IMG/VR virus record: IMGVR_UViG_3300027749_000038
Strand: one strand, 5' to 3'
Source of the DNA: a virus
DNA length: 64,000 nt
Made by a program: the position numbers and the translations under genes
The notes under the pieces: generated by a model
Seen by the model: the letters and a program-made list of their open reading frames with translations, nothing else
Told to the model about the DNA's origin: nothing
Databases searched by the model: none
Shown: positions 57,542-64,000 of the stretch, piece by piece
Layout: every line of letters begins with the position of its first letter
Position numbering within the stretch: the stretch's first letter is position 1

Positions 57542-58177
57542 TTAAGGTTTAGTCAATGTTTGGTTGATTAAATTGCGTATTTTGTTGGTTGCTTGTTTTA
57601 CTAGGTTTTTGGTTTGGGAGGAGTTGTGATATCGGTATTTAAAAGTAGAAAAATTATCTACTAAATTAGGCACCCATACATCAAGGTCTTCTTGATTATA
57701 TTTACTAAGATCTGGTCCTAATTCCATTATACTATAGATGCTAATGAGGTGTTGACGATAGTCATTTATCCACACTGGACATAAGTCTTCTCGTTGTTCT
57801 ATATAATCATCTAAAGAGAGACGATTATCAATACAAAAATTGGCTATATGAGAAAAACTGGATTTGATAAATTCGATCTGATTATCTGGAGATTGATTTT
57901 CTTGTTGCTTCAAGAATAGTGTATAATTTTTAATTGCTACTCGCGAGATAAAAAATTTTAATGGAGGATAACTTTCTTCAGGATGCAAATGTCTAGTAGC
58001 AGCAAAAAATTCATCTATTCTAATATGTTTGAATTTTTCAAAAAACTGATGAAGCCTGACTAATAGAGAAGAGGTTTCTAGAGGAATATCCTCAAAATTT
58101 TGACGTGGTTTCCAAGCTTGTCCAAAGCGGGAATATTTTAAAAAGGTGTTATAGATTTTCTGTTCCTTTTCGTGCAT
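57542..58177 (-). CDS. Hypothetical protein
   Basis: 211-aa ORF next to gp32. Confidence 0.55.
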   Translation of the reverse strand: MHEKEQKIYNTFLKYSRFGQAWKPRQNFEDIPLETSSLLVRLHQFFEKFKHIRIDEFFAATRHLHPEESYPPLKFFISRVAIKNYTLFLKQQENQSPDNQIEFIKSSFSHIANFCIDNRLSLDDYIEQREDLCPVWINDYRQHLISIYSIMELGPDLSKYNQEDLDVWVPNLVDNFSTFKYRYHNSSQTKNLVKQATNKIRNLINQTLTKP

Positions 58178-58460
58178 TTTGTTTAAATCTAAATATTTTC
58201 TTATAAATGTTCGGAGTTAAACTTAAATATGTTTTAATTATATTTTGCAAATTGTAATCTCCGAGCAACTCAAAAAGTATTTTTTGTGTCTTCTTATCAT
58301 CAACTAAATGTTTGAGGAAAGCAAGGTGATTTAATTTTTTATTTTTGGCAATACAAACAAAAGAGCCAAATTTTAAAACAATATCTTCAAATTCAGCAAG
58401 ATCTGTAGCATCTTGGGGTCTTAGTAGCTCTTCGATTTGTTGAGAAGAAGTAATGATCAT
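58149..58460 (-). CDS. Hypothetical protein
   Basis: 103-aa ORF in operon continuity. Confidence 0.55.
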   Translation of the reverse strand: MIITSSQQIEELLRPQDATDLAEFEDIVLKFGSFVCIAKNKKLNHLAFLKHLVDDKKTQKILFELLGDYNLQNIIKTYLSLTPNIYKKIFRFKQNARKGTENL

Positions 58461-59356
58461 AACTTGCTATTTAGTGGGGATAAATTCTTTGTCACTTCCA
58501 TAAACAAGGGAGTGATTTTACCACCACCAGCGTGTCGATGACCTCCACCTTCACAAATTTTTTCTGCAAAATTTCCGACATCTATCGGATCTTCAAAGGT
58601 ATGTTGTCTGATACAGATCTTTTCAGATTTAGAATTGATAAAAAACAGAATGTCAGGCTTGTATGTTTGAGCAATGACATCTAAAAGACCACTAGTAAAC
58701 TTTTCTCCCATAGCAGCTATGACTTTCTTTTTCTTGGATCCAAAATTTACATATCCTTCATACACCGGCAATTTAGAAGCATCTTCCCTAGCTGATTGTT
58801 TTAAAAATGCTATGTGTTTTTTCTGAGCATTTGTAAATGGTTTAAATCCATCATAATAATCTTTGATGAATTTAGAAAAATTATTTTTATATTCAGACCA
58901 AAACAATAAATTTAAATCATAAGATTCTGGAATGTTTAATCGATAACAATCATAATCATCTGCCAGAGCGATGAGAGTTTTTTGAGCATCTGTTCTGATC
59001 GGAAATTTATCTCCTTTAAAAATTTGAGCCATTAAAAGAGCATTAGAGGTAATTTCTTTATGAATAATTTTAGCCTTCTTAAATCGAGGAATAAAATTTA
59101 AAGAAGTTTCGTGATGATCTATAAACGTTACATGATCCAAATCAGTCTCTGGCAAAAACTCTTCTCTCAAAGCTAGATCTAATATAAAAGTTTTAGAAGG
59201 ATTATTAACACTTTGTACCCCATTTTTAAGTTTGTCCATCTCCATGTTATTGATGGCTTGATAGGTTATGCAGGATCCTGGGAGGGCCCACATCAATGCA
59301 AGCAAACTTACAGCTCCATCTAAATCATTGTGAGTATATGCATTGATGCAATTCAT
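58457..59356 (-). CDS. DHH/DHHA1 phosphoesterase (RecJ/NrnA-like)
   Basis: THNDLDG, ILDL, IDHH, ADDYD, GGGHRHAGG. Confidence 0.85.
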   Translation of the reverse strand: MNCINAYTHNDLDGAVSLLALMWALPGSCITYQAINNMEMDKLKNGVQSVNNPSKTFILDLALREEFLPETDLDHVTFIDHHETSLNFIPRFKKAKIIHKEITSNALLMAQIFKGDKFPIRTDAQKTLIALADDYDCYRLNIPESYDLNLLFWSEYKNNFSKFIKDYYDGFKPFTNAQKKHIAFLKQSAREDASKLPVYEGYVNFGSKKKKVIAAMGEKFTSGLLDVIAQTYKPDILFFINSKSEKICIRQHTFEDPIDVGNFAEKICEGGGHRHAGGGKITPLFMEVTKNLSPLNSKL

Positions 59357-59378
59357 ATCTCCCATACTAACCATTAAC

Positions 59379-60761
59379 TCATTCATTGTCCAGAGATTCT
59401 AAGGCTTTCAAGGTATCAGATATACTGCCTAGGTTGGAATTAGAACCTGGTAGATTGGTTCTCGGAAGTGCAAAAGAACTAGACACACTATCTGGATCTC
59501 TTAAGGTTAAAGTTGGATAATCAATTTCTAATACTGTATGACATTCTCGTGGTCCAAATCGGTTCTTGGTAATACCCATATGAATGATACCTAATTCAAA
59601 ATCCTCTTCTTCAGTCCAAATAGGAAACTGAGCATCTGCGGTGTGTGCTAATCCCATAGATTCGCTCATGGTTTCTAACCCCGGATTGGCTTCTCCATAA
59701 GCACTTCTATTGGTTTGTGTAGCTGATATCACCGGACAACTAAAGTAATAAGACAAAGCTCTAACCATTTCTGTAATGTCTTTTACAGCTTCATAAGAAT
59801 TCTTTCCACGTTCTGGAGGAGCTAGAAGATTGATGTAATCCAATACAATAGCATCCGGTTTAATACCCTTTCTGAATAGTCTTTCAATATAGGCTTTAAT
59901 CTGTAGTGGAGTTACCGACTTAGGAGGAAATTCCTTAATAATAAGTTTGGCTTCCTTGTGTTTTAATTTGTATCCATTCAAACAGTTTTTTAACGGTTCT
60001 ATTTGCATGGACAAATCATTCATTGGAATTTTGGATAATTGAGCCGAAATACGCTTAGCATATACTTGCTCAGACATTTCTAAAGAAATTAGAATGACAG
60101 TTTTGTTTTGGCTTAATATGTTGGTAGCAATGTTGCCCAGAAAGATAGATTTACCTACATTAGTAACTCCATAAAAGACATATAAAGCTCTTCCTTCGGT
60201 TAAAAACCCTCCTCCAATTCGCTCATCTAACCATTTCCATCCAGTGGAAATTGTCTTAGAGGTTTTTTGCAATTCTTTGCAGTGTGTGTCAATTTCTTCT
60301 AGATAATCAAACCCCCAATTTTCAATTAAATTAATATTACAAGCCTTTTCAAATTGTTCTAAAATTTTTGATGTATCTATCTCACCTGATTGAACTTCTA
60401 TAGAGGTTTTAAGAGCTGTGTTGTATACAGCCTTTTCTCTAAAAAATCTTTCTGTATTTTTAAGTAAAATTTCTTTGTCGTAATTCTTATCTATATCTGA
60501 AAAAGACATAGCAACTTCTTTAAGAGCTTGTCTTTTTTCTGGTTCTATCATGTGAACCTTGAGTTCTGTAATGTTAGGCGCTTTGTGATAGGCTCCGAAA
60601 TATAGAGCTAAAGATTCAAATACTGCTTTAATATTTTTTGTCTCAAAATAAGACGGTTTGACATGTTCTATGATAGCTTCTAGATAAGAAGAATCGGTCA
60701 ACGCATTATATATCATCAATTTTTCAAAGAGAATTAAATCGATCGGTAGAGAAGACTTCAT
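59379..60761 (-). CDS. gp41: Replicative helicase (DnaB-like)
   Basis: TGWKWLD, GVTNVGKS, ISLEMSE, IKEFP, LDYINLL, ATQTNR, KNRFG. Confidence 0.9.
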   Translation of the reverse strand: MKSSLPIDLILFEKLMIYNALTDSSYLEAIIEHVKPSYFETKNIKAVFESLALYFGAYHKAPNITELKVHMIEPEKRQALKEVAMSFSDIDKNYDKEILLKNTERFFREKAVYNTALKTSIEVQSGEIDTSKILEQFEKACNINLIENWGFDYLEEIDTHCKELQKTSKTISTGWKWLDERIGGGFLTEGRALYVFYGVTNVGKSIFLGNIATNILSQNKTVILISLEMSEQVYAKRISAQLSKIPMNDLSMQIEPLKNCLNGYKLKHKEAKLIIKEFPPKSVTPLQIKAYIERLFRKGIKPDAIVLDYINLLAPPERGKNSYEAVKDITEMVRALSYYFSCPVISATQTNRSAYGEANPGLETMSESMGLAHTADAQFPIWTEEEDFELGIIHMGITKNRFGPRECHTVLEIDYPTLTLRDPDSVSSSFALPRTNLPGSNSNLGSISDTLKALESLDNE

Positions 60762-60767
60762 TTAAAA

Positions 60768-60806
60768 AGTATAAAGGCCATTGAAGGGAAGATCAATGGC
60801 CTTTAT
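60768..60806 (-). promoter_or_regulatory. Terminator hairpin overlapping a sigma70-like helicase promoter
   Basis: 14-bp inverted repeat 60771-60784 / 60793-60806; minus-strand TTGATC (60796-60791), N17, TATACT (60773-60768). Confidence 0.65.
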
Positions 60807-60825
60807 GGGGTTTATAATGTTAAAT

Positions 60826-61281
60826 TTACTCAGAATAAATTGCTGAATTCTCTGCATGCTCCCACACTTCTACTTTGTTTACCCAACAACGATCATGTGT
60901 AAGATCTCGAATAAATTTATTGGAGACCTTAAAACACCATTCTGCAGTTTTCTCAATACCAACTCCTTCCATGATACGAAGATCACACCCACCTGTATCA
61001 TGAATGGTCTTGAATATTGGCAGCAGAGGATCTGCAGAATCTATGCAAAGAGTGTGATCAAATTGTTCTTGTAGAATTTTTTTAAGATCTTTCAATCCTC
61101 CAAAATCTACAGACCAATTCTTGTCATCTAGCTCCTTACAGCCAAACCAAAGCTTGGCTTTTAATTGATATCCATGAATAAATTTACAATGAGAATTTGC
61201 TTTCCATTGTCTAAATGCACAGCTGCCCAATTCAATTACTTTGGTGGATTCAAATTGACTTTTTTCTAATAAAATACTCAT
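60826..61281 (-). CDS. queD: 6-carboxytetrahydropterin synthase-like T-fold enzyme
   Basis: SHCKFIHGY, VDFGGLK, QFDHTL, VEVWEH. Confidence 0.8.
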   Translation of the reverse strand: MSILLEKSQFESTKVIELGSCAFRQWKANSHCKFIHGYQLKAKLWFGCKELDDKNWSVDFGGLKDLKKILQEQFDHTLCIDSADPLLPIFKTIHDTGGCDLRIMEGVGIEKTAEWCFKVSNKFIRDLTHDRCWVNKVEVWEHAENSAIYSE

Positions 61282-61284
61282 TTT

Positions 61285-62418
61285 TTATTCTTCTGTGGTC
61301 TCTTCGTCTTCTTCTATTTCTGGAGAAGTATCTTCTTTTTTATATTGCAATTCTTGTTGAAGCTTGTCTTCTAGAAGAGGAAGAATTTTATCCCAAATTT
61401 CTTCATTATCTCTCCATACCTTATAATATCCTAATTTGGTACCATCTGCCAAGGCAAATGTTGCTCCATTTTGAATTACAATACCATAACCAACAGCCAT
61501 GTCCAACAGACCAGAATACTTTGCCAATCCGGTCTTAAAGTTCAAATACATCTCTGTTTCCATGAAAGGAGGTACTACTCGATTCTTGGTTGTAAGAGCT
61601 CGAAGAGTTACACCGTTGATGTCTTTAGACATCGGTGAAGTATCTTCCACAGCATCCCGACTACCAGAAGACCCTCCACTGGTTTTTTCATTCTTTACAG
61701 ACATCTGTACAAGCACAGAAGACATATACAAAGGACCAGAACCACCAGACTGTTGCTTGACCAAAGATGGAAACATGGCAGCTGGGTTGTCGTAGACATG
61801 ATTGGAAAAAAGAATGGGTACATCTGCTTTAGCTGCTTTATGAGTTAATACTCTTAACATACTCTTCAATCCCTTGGCTCTAGTTCCCATGTCCATGGCT
61901 TCCTTGCCAGCAGCAACGTCTGCCATTTCTTTTGTAGAAACAAGATTACCAAGTGAATCAATGGAGATAATAAATTGACCATTTAATTTTTTAGCAATTA
62001 CAGAATCTAAGAATTGGCTAATTTGGTTACGACATTGTTCTACAGTTTCAACCGGACAATATTTTACCTTGGAGGTATCCATGCCCATATTCGTAGCACT
62101 TTTATCATCTACAGCATTTTCTGTATCAAAAATAACTACATAGCGACCAGCTTTTTGAGCATTAGCTAAAATACGATTAATGATATAGGTTTTACCACAA
62201 GAGGTAGGACCACTAAAACCAATAATACGACCAGAAGGGACTCCCCCTTTTTTGAGGGAGCCACTAATGATTGCATTAAGAGCCATAGAGCCAGTATCGA
62301 TAAAAGAACTAATATTGGAAAGAGCAGATTCATTGAGGAATGTTGCATCGGGATTAAGGTCATCTAAAACCTTAAACGCAGCTGCTACATCCGGATTACT
62401 AAGCTTCTTTTTAGACAT
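61285..62418 (-). CDS. uvsX: RecA/UvsX recombinase
   Basis: IDTGSMALN, GPTSCGKT, FDTE, IDSLGNL, SNHVY, KNR...PF. Confidence 0.9.
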   Translation of the reverse strand: MSKKKLSNPDVAAAFKVLDDLNPDATFLNESALSNISSFIDTGSMALNAIISGSLKKGGVPSGRIIGFSGPTSCGKTYIINRILANAQKAGRYVVIFDTENAVDDKSATNMGMDTSKVKYCPVETVEQCRNQISQFLDSVIAKKLNGQFIISIDSLGNLVSTKEMADVAAGKEAMDMGTRAKGLKSMLRVLTHKAAKADVPILFSNHVYDNPAAMFPSLVKQQSGGSGPLYMSSVLVQMSVKNEKTSGGSSGSRDAVEDTSPMSKDINGVTLRALTTKNRVVPPFMETEMYLNFKTGLAKYSGLLDMAVGYGIVIQNGATFALADGTKLGYYKVWRDNEEIWDKILPLLEDKLQQELQYKKEDTSPEIEEDEETTEE

Positions 62419-62419
62419 A

Positions 62420-62803
62420 TTATTCTTCAAATAGATTAATTACTGGAGAATTGTTTTGTTGCTGAGGAGTTGGCTGACCTTGTGGAGGTACAAAAGTATT
62501 CGCTGGATTAAACATTTGCAAATACTGAGCTTGAAGGCGAAAATCTAAAGCAGAAATACTGGTGGGTGTAATTTGATTTGTATGATAGTCAAAGATTACA
62601 GCTTCTGATTTATCTGCCAGGAATTCTTTAAAAAATGTAGGAAAGAGCTGAATAGACAAACGTCCATCCTTTTCTGGAACAACATTCAAAATTACAGGGT
62701 TTTTTACTCTCCAGGTAGTGTCTGTTTTTTCTACCAATTCTCCGACGATAGTGCGTCCCACGAAGTCGAGGAACACGGTGATGTTATTGTTGGTTTCACT
62801 CAT
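62420..62803 (-). CDS. Hypothetical protein (possible Sm-like fold)
   Basis: GRTIVGELVE...VKNPV beta pattern. Confidence 0.5.
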   Translation of the reverse strand: MSETNNNITVFLDFVGRTIVGELVEKTDTTWRVKNPVILNVVPEKDGRLSIQLFPTFFKEFLADKSEAVIFDYHTNQITPTSISALDFRLQAQYLQMFNPANTFVPPQGQPTPQQQNNSPVINLFEE

Positions 62804-62828
62804 ATGATTGATTTATACTAAACTAATT

Positions 62829-63590
62829 TTACTGGTTTTCAACTTTTTGTTTTTTAATTTTTGTTTGTTTTGGTTTAAAGTTTTCTTCGTGTGTTTTTTT
62901 AATCTCTTCTGTTAAATTTTCTATTGCCTCTACATTTACTGGAGTTAATGCAGCAGCAATAAATGGAAACATATCAAAGAAAATTTCTTTGATTTTTTCA
63001 GCAATTTCACGATGTTCTTGTTGAGTATCTGATTTGGTTCTCAACAAGATATAATGAATCCAAGACCTCACAGAACCGGTCATATACAAGACTGTCTGAG
63101 TACATAAAGGAAGTACCTTTCGAGCACTTTCTCTAGCCGCACCCTTTTCTAACATCCAGGTATATAATTCTACACTATCTAACAAATGTTTACGTATTCT
63201 TTCATTTTCTTGTGGCTCTAAGTCTAAAATTTCTGTACTAGATTGTCTATTTTTATCAGCTTGTTTGCGAACATCAAAAGATTCTAATCCAAACGCAGGA
63301 CTATATCTTTGGCTAAATTCTTGAAAGGCAAAACTTTTGTGTCTAATAATTTGAGCAGAGATATCTCTGCTAGTTTGGATTTCAAATGTCACCGAACATT
63401 GTTCAAAGATAGACCAATGTTCATGATCTATGCAATATTTTAACAACTTTGGAGCTGTATCTAAATTTAATTGGTTGTCTGGATTGGATACGCGAGCACA
63501 ATATACGATAAATTCTTCTGCGGTTAAGAATCGTAAATTATCTTCGGTGCGAACTAATGGCTGGGTTATTGCTTGTAAGGTTACTTTCAT
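62829..63590 (-). CDS. thyX: FAD-dependent thymidylate synthase
   Basis: ARVSNP, HWSIFE, QIIRHKSFAFQEFSQRY, ESARKVLP, TQQEH. Confidence 0.95.
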   Translation of the reverse strand: MKVTLQAITQPLVRTEDNLRFLTAEEFIVYCARVSNPDNQLNLDTAPKLLKYCIDHEHWSIFEQCSVTFEIQTSRDISAQIIRHKSFAFQEFSQRYSPAFGLESFDVRKQADKNRQSSTEILDLEPQENERIRKHLLDSVELYTWMLEKGAARESARKVLPLCTQTVLYMTGSVRSWIHYILLRTKSDTQQEHREIAEKIKEIFFDMFPFIAAALTPVNVEAIENLTEEIKKTHEENFKPKQTKIKKQKVENQ

Positions 63591-64000
63591 AGTAGTGTGG
63601 AAAAAAGTTCTATATTTTCTTTAATTAATATTCTTTGAACAAGGTCAACTTCTGCATCATATACATCTACCATCTTGTTATGAATTTTGCTGTAAGTTGA
63701 TTCTATATTTTTATAAGATTTACCAAAAAATCCGGTCATAACTGGATGAGATGTATCAATGCTTTCCACTCCTTCAAAATGTGTTTCAAATTCTGTAGGA
63801 ATACCACAACCTAATAAATGATGTGGTTTGTTTTTATTCCACACTCCTCTGGAGATTAAACTTTTTATCAAATGATTTCTTCCACTAGCATATGAGGTTG
63901 GTTTGGCTACTGTTTTTTCAAACTCTAGTGTATATTCTGTATCTTTCCAGTAGGGATTATCTTTCCAATCTTCTGAATGGTTATCCCAAAAATAATCATA
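63587..64000 (-). CDS. TGT/DpdA-like transglycosylase, 5'-truncated at the window edge
   Basis: Frame is open from 64000 (YDYFWDN...SGRNHLIKSL) into KPHHLLGCG...ESIDTSHP, like the HLLG / DS motif of the TGT fold. Confidence 0.5.
   Translation of the reverse strand, partial: YDYFWDNHSEDWKDNPYWKDTEYTLEFEKTVAKPTSYASGRNHLIKSLISRGVWNKNKPHHLLGCGIPTEFETHFEGVESIDTSHPVMTGFFGKSYKNIESTYSKIHNKMVDVYDAEVDLVQRILIKENIELFSTLL

Noticed and set aside
57542-58177. gp59 helicase loader assignment
   Set aside because: Suggested only by position next to gp32; no recognisable motif.
1-64000. Stand-alone tRNA or rRNA genes
   Set aside because: No cloverleaf other than the tmRNA tRNA-like domain was recognised by eye; tRNAscan-SE or ARAGORN would be needed to exclude them fully.

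Overview
This window is 64 kb of an AT-rich, T4-like (Tevenvirinae-style) large myophage genome, probably infecting a Gram-negative host. From left to right it holds: (1) a glycan-modification cassette around a collagen-like fibre (1-7 kb); (2) a tmRNA gene interrupted in its T-loop by a compact 201-nt group I intron, followed by a free-standing Vsr/EDxHD-like endonuclease that splits a second 'ghost' copy of the tmRNA 3' end; (3) an HNH cassette that separates a Zn-finger gene from a displaced alternative 3' half; (4) a lysis cassette (spanin-like lipoprotein, holin, pesticin-type endolysin); (5) an 882-aa three-domain nucleotidyltransferase/ligase-like fusion; (6) nucleotide metabolism genes (hpt, dCMP deaminase, nrdB, and nrdA fractured by a split intein at the catalytic Cys); (7) neck, PhoH, tail and baseplate genes with a terminase carrying a class 3 intein; (8) a replication module (clamp, gp32, DHH, helicase, UvsX, thyX) interleaved with folE2, queD and a TGT/DpdA-like gene, suggesting 7-deazaguanine DNA modification. 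All family assignments come from motif recognition by eye, not database searches. No CRISPR array or tRNA gene was seen.
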